Shown: one piece after another, positions 1 through 11,100 of the stretch
How the letters are laid out: every line of letters begins with the position of its first letter
How positions within the stretch are numbered: the first letter of the stretch is position 1
Source of the DNA: Phoronis australis
Lineage: Eukaryota > Animalia > Phoronida
Reading direction: 5' to 3'
Length of the DNA stretch: 64,000 nucleotides
Assembly: GCA_002633005.1 (NCBI GenBank)
Contig: NMRA01000133.1
Span: 750,809-814,808 of the forward strand
Notes under the pieces: generated by a model
What the model was told of the DNA's origin: nothing
The model's database searches: none
The model's input: the letters and a program-made list of their open reading frames with translations, nothing else
Position numbers and translations under genes: made by a program

Positions 1-343
1 TGCACCTGCAGAGAATTATTATTTCAAACATTCCCGCATGAGAGAGCGATATCATGCAGACATAAATTAAACCTAGGGAAACGTCCCAAATCAACGTCAG
101 CCGCACTCTTCCATTGGAAAACGTATATTAAATTTCATAATGACCAATGAAGGAAGTTAGCGCATATTGAGGTACGTGCAAACATTGTCACTATAGGGAG
201 CGCCACAATAGTTGGACACGTCAGAATATGAACGTCAACCGTCTCCATCATAATTGTGAAATTTCATGATTATCCGTCAATCGATTTGTAATTTGCACTG
301 ACTGTACACCGTAAGTTATAAGCCAGACTGTAGTTCAGGCCCA

Positions 344-733
344 AGGGTCCAATCTCTTTACTTGAAATCGAATTCAAAATATTCTTCACGCTTTTCTATT
401 CCACTTCTCTGCGAACTCCAAACAAATGAATTATTATGTTTACGTAATGGCTTAGGTAGATAAATTTATAATCCAAGTTTGCACTCGATGACCCCATAAT
501 TAAGGCTTAACGTTTGAGTCAAATCTTGAAATTTCGAGTTTTTACTCAAAATCTCGAGATTTACTAAGTTATAGTTGAACAAATATAGGGGTCATCGAGT
601 ACAAACTTGGATTAGAAACTCATATGTACTCGACTGAGCACAGACTAGTTGCCACTCATCTTGATTATGCACAAAAAAGAACACAAAACGCAATAACTTC
701 GAGTACGATTTTCAAGTGCAGAGACTAGGTACC
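344..733. mobile_element. Palindromic MITE-like element; a related partial copy lies at ~3530-3700
   Basis: Inner inverted repeat aatccaagtttgcactcgatgacccc (~470-495) / ggggtcatcgagtacaaacttggatt (~587-612), plus degenerate outer arms. The core ctcaaaatctcgag recurs at ~3558. Confidence 0.5.
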
Positions 734-790
734 GGCTCCTGATCACGCATTACATCTGACATTTGATGATTGAAAGGTCGCTTGGACTCT

Positions 791-3130
791 TCACTTGAAT
801 CGACTCAGCACGCGCTTGTTCAGGACGAAGAGAATAAAAATAAGTACTCCTTGTGAGGAATTTAACACAATGAAAATGTACCACACTATTTCATTATTTG
901 CAAGCATCGCGACGAAACCAAAAACCCAAGACAGTCCTAGCAGAACAAACAACTTGACGTAGCCAGTCAAATGGTTTTGGCGTTTTGCTTGAGTTAGTTT
1001 TTCCCGCCGTTTTATTGACTTGTGCATCAAATACGAAGACAAAAGAAAAAACACGACGTTTATAAGCATGACGATGGCCACGGGAGCTAAAAAGAGTACC
1101 AGTAACGCGTTTCGTTGGGTAATCCAACACATCCCGTTGGCAGCGTATTTGGGCTTAAAATTTTCGAATGGACCGTCCATGAAATTTATGGCAATAGAGG
1201 ACAATACTACAACACCGGGAACAATGACTAAGGCGTAAAGACAATATGTGACAAGTTTCCACTTATTTGATAAAACAGTCGTCTTCAATGGGTTGAGCAA
1301 ACACCACGTATCATACGCCAAAACGTTCATCCAACAGAACTGCGACAGGCCCGTCCAGTGGCGCAAGACTCCAAATATTGTACAAAGTGATGTTATGTCG
1401 CCAGCCAACGGGGCAAACAAATGGGAAAGGTTGAACGTAAGCAACGTCAACGACAACACGAACTGCAGTATCCCTGGAAACGTACGATACTGTCGTACAA
1501 AAGGTTGCAGAATCAAGCGCACCAAAAGACAGACACTAGAAAGCGACATACCTACAATGGTTAACACACCCTTGATACCATTGGGCACAATGTAGCATAC
1601 AAAAAGGCTACCGTTATTGTCCAAAAAGAATTCTCCGTCATTTAACACCGAGTTACTCGAGTTCAAAATAATAGACCCATTTAGCAAAATCGCAAAAGTC
1701 ACGGGAAAATTTGTGCAATATTTGTGGTCACTGTTGTGAACAGGTTTATGGCAGAAGCTTGTATTGAATATGCCCGCACTTTCCTCGTAGTAAAAGGTGA
1801 CGTTAATCAAACTATCGAACATCATGACTCTACTTTTTATAAAACGTTCCGTTGCTTCCTCCATTCTGTGCATTGTCTGTGAATAGAAATGTATATTTTC
1901 ACATTGTTTTCTAGTGACTCTTCCTATAAACACAGCAGTAACCAACACCTGAAGACACAGTTCTGTTACAGTAACTCGATTGGACATATCGGGACTTGCG
2001 TGTAAATTAAAGTCCATTTTCAATGATCTCTCAACGAATTCAGAAACGTCCTCGGCAAGATCGTGGCCAAAAGTAAAATTCCGATTTAAAAATATTGCCA
2101 ACCGAATTTCGGTTTCAATCAATATAAAGTCCGCCACACAGCGGCTGTTTTTCAAAACGTACCCTGGTTGACATGTATCGAAAGTGCAACTGCTGAGGTC
2201 GTTTAAACATTGTCCTTTCGACAGCTTAGTTGTTGGCAGACGACTGTTTGATAGCGAAATTATAAGTTTTCCCTCCTCAGATATATCAAATAAGAATGAC
2301 AACGAGAACTTTGAAGGCTCAAGTGGTGTTGTTAGATAACGTGGCCAATCCTTCAAACAAGTCATATTCATTACGCCGTTACATGCTGCGCACGCAGAAT
2401 TTTTTATGACCACCTTCTCGTCCTTCACAAATTCCTGACCTCCAATATCGCAACGGTTTTGAGACATCCCTACGCATGTGGTTATGGCGCTCGAGATACA
2501 TTCTCTTCGTTCGTGGTTGGCATCATCAAAGACCAATAAACATTCTTCGTCTTTAAAAAGTTTTCTCATCTCTTCCATTTGATCATAGTACGACGTAGTG
2601 TTGCTATATTTACGGCATTGGAGTGTGACGTTCGAGAAGGCAATAGTGTGGACGCTGTTACATTTGGCACAGTAGAGGTTACTGTACTGTATACCTGTGT
2701 CCCTGTCTCGCACTGGTAGTAGGCCAATGATGGACCCAGTCGATCGACGGCACTGTAATCTGATCTGATCATCTTTCCAACTTGTGGGACATCCTGTTAC
2801 CATCAAACGTTCTGCCCCACCGAAACCTCCTGCCCGGCATTCGCTGGAAACTTCGTTGTGCTGGCCTGCTATTGTCATCCCCTGTTAAAACTCAGTCGGA
2901 CAGTTATCTAAAAAATCAGCACAGCAGTCCCTATAGATGAGGCAGAGGTTATCACAAGAACACAATCTAATAGGTGATTTTCTACGCGACGACGCAACAC
3001 CACAAGAGTCATTGCATGAATGCCAGTAGAAATGCTTGTGACACGTAGGAGGGGCCCCATTTTGAGTTTCCAGGGCGCATGTGACCGACTGGTAAAGCAC
3101 AAAGGCTAAAAACGTTCGAACATTTGCCAT
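791..3130 (-). CDS. Intronless class-B/adhesion-like (Methuselah/latrophilin-like) GPCR with N-terminal somatomedin-B domain; interrupted by one in-frame TAA (2885-2887), so possibly a pseudogene or null allele
   Basis: ORFs 2885..3130 and 791..2878 are in the same frame (..GAG TTT TAA CAG GGG ATG..). It has a signal-peptide-like start (MANVRTFLAFVLYQSVTCA), an SMB-type motif (SCNDSC..CSCDNLCLIYRDCCADF), the Cys motif YSNLYCAKCN, and 7 hydrophobic segments with class-B motifs (FCWMNVLAYD, CWI, LLGLSWVFG, FIVLNSSQGVLIF). Confidence 0.8.
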
Positions 3131-3817
3131 GTTTGGACCATTCTAACAACCACGACCGCTTCCCGTACATAACCCATACGCAGCAATTAAAGTCCCAGTG
3201 CAATTTTCTTACAATTATCACCAGATCAAACGAACAACAAATACTGATACGGGAAAAAACTGTCGAGCAATCATTGAAATTGTCTAAATCATTACGAAAG
3301 AATAAGCGTCAGCTGCCAATAACGCTTGTCTAATGAGACGTGGTTTTGGGCGATCCTTCATGACCATTAATGGCTACCCAGAGTGATTTCATTATCAAAT
3401 TCCAGAATTTGTCCATCTGTTGTAAATTTATCATTGAAATGTTTTGTTTCGTCAGATTTACCTTCAAAGTGTCGTTCTACTATACATCGGATGACTGTCG
3501 CAATCCTATTTCCACTTGACGAATCCAGCACTAAAGCTATAACTTCAAGAATCTGAACTCAAAATCTCGAGTGTTTACTAGAAACCTCCAGTTATCGCTC
3601 GACTTTGTAGCTGGAACCTAGAGGTCGTCAAGTGCGCATTTGGAATATACACTTACTTTCGTAATCTTCCAATTGGAGCACAGAATCATAGATAATTTTC
3701 TTGAGCTCATATTAAAAGAGTGTGTCACAAATATTTTGTAGGCCTACTGAAGATTAGACACCGGGCCCAAAACCAATCTAAATTGGCAAAACACCAAAAT
3801 TCACTCAGCATAGTTAA

Positions 3818-5499
3818 AGGAGAATGCCACCCAAAAACAACCTATTTTGTTTCAATTTAGATCGAGTAGTTCTACTCGAAAACGGCACGTTCGGTTGCGC
3901 AACCTGACACCTGACGGCAGACGGAGGTGTTGAAATTATCCAATGACGTAATTGGTTTCACACGCAGTCTGTTCAGCAGTTCAAAACACGGGTTAGTGGT
4001 GTCGGCTTATTGCTTGAATTCGTCGTTTAACACCAATAAATCATCAAACTTCGATGTAAAACCCTTAAAAATACACCGAGTTCTTATGAAAACGTGTTGC
4101 TTTATTTCGCAGTTACACATTTACTGGTATTTGGACACACCATAGCCTACAAAGTTCGGTAGGCCAATTTACCAAGGTCCGTAGCAGCCGGGAGTTTGGG
4201 GTCTGTTCGGAGATAAATTCAAATATTCTTCCGTGGAATACAGAAAAGAGAACCTAGATCTGTATTGTTAATACTTGTGATTTTTTTAGTTCTAAACACA
4301 CAAAACGCTCGTTATCCCGACCTGAGTGGCTCCGACCCGATCAGGGCCCGGCCGTTGCGGCCGCTGGGACTGGCACGAGCATAAACCAACTTGAGTTGGA
4401 AACTAAACCTCCAGTCACGAAAAGACTATAATAGTGAGCCGAAGGAATAATGTGTACGTAATTATTTATGTGAATTAGCCACGGAACTGAAAATCTACTT
4501 ACTTGTCGGGGGGCGCGAAGTCGGGTTCCACTTCCACAGACCGTCAGGGCAAAGGTTGTACAGTAACAATGATTTGAATAATGTATTTGTATTTCTAAAT
4601 AAAGATTCCCCTAACATGCGACCATAGCACATAAAATCGAGCAATTGTTTCACAGCAGCTTTCTGTCAACAGCTTTCTATCAGCAAACACTGAATTAGCA
4701 TGCGCTCACATGGCCTCGTTGCCCGGTAAATTACCTTTATTGCCGGCATCAAAAGCCAGTAACGCAGTGGCCATTGCTGGCTTCTTAACATTTGCACTCA
4801 CGAATACTGCAAAGGCATTACAAATTGTATCTAATGAGACAGACTTCGTTTCAGTTTTATATAAGCATTGTAGAGGGGTGGGAATAATTCATTTTGAAAC
4901 AGAACGCAGAGCAAACGTCTACATGGCAACTCGCCGTCGCCAATCCCGAATTAGTCAAGAGCTCATCCGTCGAACACTTCACGGGTAGGATCGTAAGGTT
5001 TCACAGGCTATCAAATCGGACCAGAATACACTGATCAAGAAATACTAGAGAGGCGCCGTGAACATGCACAGGCAACAGAACGTATGGATAGTTCAGTCTT
5101 TGGTAAGCCGGAATTCGTCAGAGAAATCATTGTCGACGAAAAGCCGGCCCGCACAGACACGGAGATGTTTCACGGCCTCATACTTTTAACAGCGTACTTT
5201 TCATTCTTCACTACCTCGAGCCACTTCCTAAGCATTTCGGGCTCTCGAGGAAGTCGAAAAAATGACATACCCGCTTTCTTCCCAGCTTCATATAGTTCGG
5301 ACAAGCGGGAACGATGCACCGCAGTATAGCGGCATTCACTCTGCAGACGAACCACTGACGTCGCTGCGTCGTTTCTCACCTTCCTCACAAGTTAACACGA
5401 CACCTCTCGGGAAGGTGATGTCTACCGTATAAGAGGCGATGTAGATATAGACCGATTAAGACGGTAAAAAAGACTAATTAAATCGGGTGGCATTCTGCT
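3818..5499. mobile_element. Kolobok-type DNA transposon, non-autonomous or decayed
   Basis: TIRs AGGAGAATGCCACCC / GGGTGGCATTCTGCT (1 mismatch), flanked by TTAA on both sides (3814-3817 and 5500-5503). Contains a decayed THAP domain. Confidence 0.7.
5100..5335 (-). pseudogene. Frameshifted THAP zinc-finger remnant inside the Kolobok element
   Basis: Minus-strand pieces in different frames: MP..CIVPACPNY / GMSFFRLPREPEMLRKWL / HLRVCAGRLFVDNDF. Together they follow the THAP pattern C-x4-C..F..P..W..C..(H)F. Confidence 0.6.
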
Positions 5500-5564
5500 T
5501 TAAACTTGCACTCCAAACAATACGGTTACCCGAATGTGCACTTAAGAACATTAATCCGTTAGTC

Positions 5565-5990
5565 ATGTAGTCCTATATAGAATTCCTTACAGTTGGACGC
5601 ACACAGAGACGCTTCTGTGACAGGTTGAAAGAACATCACACCTCACAGAAAAGTAACATTTTTGGCATTGTGCTAGCTACAATCACCAAGCCAGTACGCT
5701 GTTAGTAAATTATCTGCAGAGAACCTAAGGAGTTACTGTACATTAAAGAGTCTAGCATGCCACTGATTCTTCAGCTGAATAACATGCAGAGCTCAGTGAC
5801 CCTGCAACTGTGGTGATGACCAGCTGCCGACTATTCCGTAAGCCTATATGTATCTCTCACTTCACTCTATGGATGTTACCTGAGTATATGTTGGCACTTG
5901 TTGTCCTAAATTGTTGCAAATATGAACCTGATGATGTCTAATGAAAAGACGAAACGTTGAATTGAACATGAACTTTTTTATTAGTGTGGC
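5565..5990 (+). mobile_element. 3' fragment of a Penelope-like retroelement (decayed GIY-YIG endonuclease plus tail)
   Basis: Translates in pieces as VLYRIP..VGRTQRRFCDRLKEH..KELLYIKE..LQLNNMQSSVTLQLW*, and is followed by a hammerhead core. Confidence 0.6.
5922..5965 (+). ncRNA. Minimal hammerhead ribozyme core (Penelope-associated), stem I apparently decayed
   Basis: CTGATGA (5928-5934), stem II gtct/aatgaaa/agac, then GAAAC-GTT with a palindromic AACGTT stem III. Confidence 0.55.
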
Positions 5991-8063
5991 GATCGCCCAG
6001 TTTTTAATCTTTTTGTTAATAGTTTTATTTTAATTTTAATTAAGCTTAGCAATTATAAATTGCATTCTGCTTTCGTAGCAAATATTCCAGTTAGAATCTA
6101 ATAAATAGTCTTTGAAGTTGTAATATTAAAACTTAAAAAATGTTTATAAATAGTCAGCAAGTCTTCCCCGCGCGTGAGCACTGAATTGACCTTGAGAGAG
6201 CATACAGCTAGACAGTCTGGCCGCGTTTCTTGAGTTGAGGCTCGTCTGCATTTGAATGAACGTGGATAGTGGAATTCGCCGCCGACTGATGAGATGTGAC
6301 CGTTTAAGAAGTTGTTTGCATGTCCTTCCGACTGGAAGTACGTACAGTTGCGATTCCCGATTTGTCAATCATAACGCGTTTGGTTGTCTTAGTGTCGTTT
6401 TGCAGACGATAAAATGTAAAGCGTAAGGATTTCTACTTTGCACTACTTTGGGATTCGCCCATGTAATGTAAAAAATTACGTACTCGGTGTTATTAAGCAG
6501 TCGTCAGTGTCGTAACACATTCCAGGTCATGTGAGAAAAGTATATATATGCAAGTGTGGATGAAAATGACATTTAAACTTGCTGCCACGAAATTAACTTA
6601 ACACACGAGCAAAATAGATTACAGTGTAGAGCTTTCGACTTGAGATGCTCGGCCGGAAGCTAGCCTTGTGCGAATGTGCACATCGCTCTTATTCGTTCAA
6701 GTTTTCTTGAGGGATCATATGTAACCGGAAAAGACGGGGAGCCGCACAAAGTCAAATCGCTCTCCAAGTTGCAGTGAATTTTGCGGATGCAGAAAGATAA
6801 AGTGTTTCGTTTTATGAATAGGCACGTGGAACAATACGTTAACCTGTTCTTTTGAGGCACGCAATTAAAGCTCTTGTTGGACTGAAGGACAGTCACCAGA
6901 CACTCAACATCGCCATCGGCATGAACTTACCGGCTTGTCGCGTTGCCGTTACGTGTCTACCGTTGAGTGATGATGTTGATTGTTGGGTGTGCCAACCTGC
7001 TTATTCACCAAGTTTGCTTCCCATTATTTTGGCGTGACTATGACTACCATCCACCTATCACTTTTCTCTCTGCCTCTGCTTGCTAGTTTGTGTTATAAAT
7101 CTGACTACACAATGCACTGCAGTGCCACTGCACTCTGGACCTAGACTAGTGACAGTGTAGTGATCGGCAGTCATTTCCTCAATTTTGGGATGGAGTTTCG
7201 GCCCCATTTTCCTCTAAAAAATATTGAAAAAATTGCGAAATTCCCCACACCAGGCCCAAAAATTGCCCTCAAGTAATTAAAAAATTCCCCTCAAGGTTCA
7301 GATCACTTGTGACCCACACAGGTGACAATTTGAAAGCACTCAAAATGTTAGTTTTGGCTACTTGAGGCAGAGCCTGTGAGGGCTTGTAACACGGTGGAGG
7401 TGCTGTCGATGGTGATCATGAAGTAAAATTTTCTCTTCACGCCAAAAAGTTCCCTTTTCCGTTGGATTAACGAGGTCACTGAGCGTTTAGGCGGCTGGCG
7501 GCAAATCCTAATCCATCGTGTATGGCAGAAGAGTTTATATAAATTATGCTTAACCCTGGTTAAACTACAACAGTGACATTACTTTGTGTAGCTCTTGGGT
7601 GTAGGTGGAACCTTTTTGGGAGTTTGAGTCTGACTCCTTCAAACCTGAGCAAATTCTTTCGCAGTCGATGTTTTTTGTGAAAAGTCTCATTCCATCGATG
7701 AAGTTGAAGGCTGCCATTACAGTCAACGTGCTTGACGTCAAATGTACTGGGGTTATACAAGGTCTTCCAGCCTCCTCGAGAGGAAGCAGCACAGACTGAA
7801 CTGCATGTCTATGTAGTGTACTACCCAGTACCATTGATGTAAATTTCCTGACTCAGTGTCAGCAGCTAATTGATAGTCCTTGACTAGACTGACTACAGTT
7901 ATTCAATTTACTGTTACATTGAACCATTGCAATGTTACAAATCAATCTTAACTCCTTAGTTCTCACTGGCTTTATCAATGTTTAAGAACAAAACTATGTC
8001 AAAATTCGTGTTGAACTGAATTTCAACCATTTGTTTTGCAGTGTTCCGTGAGTCACTGATGCT

Positions 8064-8174
8064 ATGAGTAAGTCAAGGCGGCGAGTGACAGTTGAACGTG
8101 ATGAAGAGGATGACAAGAGGAAGCCGAGTGTGTTTGAACGCCTTGGTACAGGAGGCTTATCTAGGACGTATGAG
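8064..8174 (+). CDS. ZC3H13: ZC3H13 first coding exon
   Basis: Acceptor ttttgcag ends at 8041, ATG at 8064, MSKSRRRVTVERDEEDDKRKPSVFERLGTGGLSRTYE, donor GTAGAT. Confidence 0.88.
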
Positions 8175-11100
8175 GTAGATTTAAGCTTATTGTGCATTGG
8201 TACGGGAGGCTTATCTAGGACGTATGAGGTAGATTGAAGCGTATTGTGCCTTGGTACAGGAGGCTTATCTAGGACGTATGAGGTAGATTTAAGCTTATTG
8301 TGCATTGGTACGGGAGGCTTATCTAGGACGTATGAGGTAGATTTAAGCTTATTGTGCATTGGTACGGGAGGCTTATCTAGGACGTATGAGGTAGATTTAA
8401 GCTTATTGTGCATCTGAGTTGATTGTACAGTATAACTGGTCAGTTTCATATAGGTCCCTCGCTGTTATGTTTTTACATGACTTGTGATGTTTAGTTCTCA
8501 TAAAGCTCGTGGTTACTCATATGCGCTAACAGTACACTTGCCTGCGTTTTCTGGAGAAGGAACAATGCAATACCATGTTTAAAGATTGACTTCGCACGTA
8601 TTCATTCAATTTTACAGGTTGCTGCTTTCCTTGTGTAATCTTAAATCCCCCATGTTGCACTCTTAAATTCCTACAAAGTCCAGGATCACACGACTCTCAT
8701 GTTGTTTTGATGAATGTTAGTTTCAATCTTTTAGACTTAAGTCTCGTGAAAATACGCTGGTGGCACATTTGCCTGTGACATCATTTTTCTGAGGAACAAC
8801 GAGCACGTCTTTGCATGGAGTCAGTTGTTTTCAGAGGCTGGGTGGAAGCAATGGTTGTCCCGCCTTGCCTCATCTTAGATTGCCAGTGTTGCGCTCTTAC
8901 TCGCCACATTGAGCTCCCATAAATTTCAGGGTCGTAAAATTCTTTTCAACTATCGGTCTCATGAAATTACGCTGGCTTTGCACTTGCATGCGACATCATT
9001 GTCTCTATGGTAACTTTGTTACTGCACTGAAAGATTGACTTTGATATGTAAGCTGCCACAGACATGCTTAAACAATCGCATAAAGTTTTAGACCTTACTT
9101 ACTTTAAATTTCACAGAGCCCTCCTCGCCGCACAGAATTCATTCAGAATTGCATTTCTTTTCTTTTCACAATTTTAATTCATAACAATTAATGAGATCAT
9201 ACCAAAAATGCAAGTGTGAAAGATAGATTGTGTACATCACCATGTACATTACGTGATTGTTGGTTTGTTGCCGAAACTACTGATCTGCATCCAGGAATTA
9301 ATGATACCTCAAGGTAATTGGTCTATTAAATGTGTTTGAGATCATTTTTTCATTGCCCCATTTTGTGTTCGAAGTCAACGAGAAGGCTCTGGTGTGAGAG
9401 TGTTCTTCACATTTGATTTAGGCGATTTTAAGTAAACTGATTTTAAACAGCTTGATTCACACGAGTGACCAATGTGTATTGGTCATAATCTCGGCTTGCA
9501 TTTACAAATTCCAGGTCGCAAACGCGACCTGTAGCTCATTATGTCGAGAGCTGAAACTGGTCGATAAATTTTGGTTGGTGAACGGTGTAAGCCTGGTTTT
9601 AGTTAGTACATGGAATATCAGTGTGTGCTGATAGTCTAAGGTAAGCTAGAACATGCAGAAGAATAAAAAACCATTGCATTGGAATTACAGAATATCACGA
9701 ATTTTCGAAATTGTGCAGATTGAAAAGGGACTGAAGCTTGTTGATAGAACACCTTAGTTTCTGTATAACGTGTCTTTCAACAACATTACCAATAATGCAC
9801 ATTCTGTTTGTTAAAATTATAAATTTGTTCAATTGTATGTTGCAGGGCTTGGAATTTTCCGCGGAAACGCGGATTTCCGCTTTTTTCAAATGTTCTGTCC
9901 GCGTATTTTATTATATTTCCGCGTAAAAAAAATCGGATTTGATATAAAATTTCCGCGGCAAGTTCTTTCTTACCGCCGCGTTGCCGACGACTTTTGCCTC
10001 GAAAAGCGGAAGTTGCTCTTTATGTTTCGGAGGAACGTAAAATGTCAACATTGCCGGGGCATCTGGGATAGTGTGGTGGATTTCCTCAATGGCGGCTCGT
10101 GTGATTGTAAACTGCAGTGACAAATACTACGACTCTGCAGCCAAAAATATTTGGAGGTGGGAGTGGCGGACGAGCTAAGACAGACGCAGACGCACGCTTC
10201 CGCAGGTGGTACTGTTTTTTTTTTTTTTTTAGTCCTCGAATTTTGTTGGCATAACCCACTTTATCAAGGCTGGCATGCGCGCATGTTTCGGGCCGTAAAA
10301 ATTTCCGCGTTTTTCGCCATCGGTCATTCCAAGCCCTGATGTTGTTTTGAAGGTGCATTGATTCTTGTTTTCGACATTGTTCAACATCTGGATAAAAGTA
10401 TTTTGTTTTTTGTAGGGTCAGAGTTACTCTGACAAATGCCGTAACTGGCTCAAGTATGGGACGTGTACCTACGGCTCTAACTGTCGGTACAGTCATGGCG
10501 ACGACTCAAAGAAAGGGTATAGTATAATACTGTCGATGTGAAAGTCTCTGTGTAAAGTGATTATGTTGCAATGCAGCTGTTCTTTACAAGTAAGGTGCTC
10601 GCCTATGCGTGTGTCGTTTGCTAATTTAACTCATCTCTTGTCCTTCATTATAGTGGAAAAAAAAACAATGCTTTAGACTTGTACGATGTTGCTTTTTAAC
10701 ATTTGATAGGTTGGCATTCAAAACTGTACACAATAGAATGACTGCTTGTTCACGTGACTTAGTGAATGCACTGAAGGTGCTGTTGTTCAGTCCCTTGAAC
10801 TGACAAGTCTATGCAGTATGGTAAAAATTCTCCATTTTGGGACGGCGAAAATTGTTTTGCTGGAGGTTGGAGTAAGGAGTGTACATAGAATAGGAGAGTT
10901 CACTCCGCCATCTTGTCATTCGCCACAATGGTTATCGGTCGAACAACTAGCGCCTCAAGCGGCAAATAAGCAATACTAATTTAGCTGCGCAGTCCGAACC
11001 ATGTAAACACTAATAAATTCATACTTTAATGACGTTCGACGTGCAGTAAAATTACTGTGTGATTGAAAATGGGTAAAATACATAAACTAACATCCACTTA

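Noticed and set aside
7994-8449. 151-aa repetitive ORF on the minus strand
   Set aside because: It is the antisense reading of the 54-bp repeat and the ZC3H13 exon.
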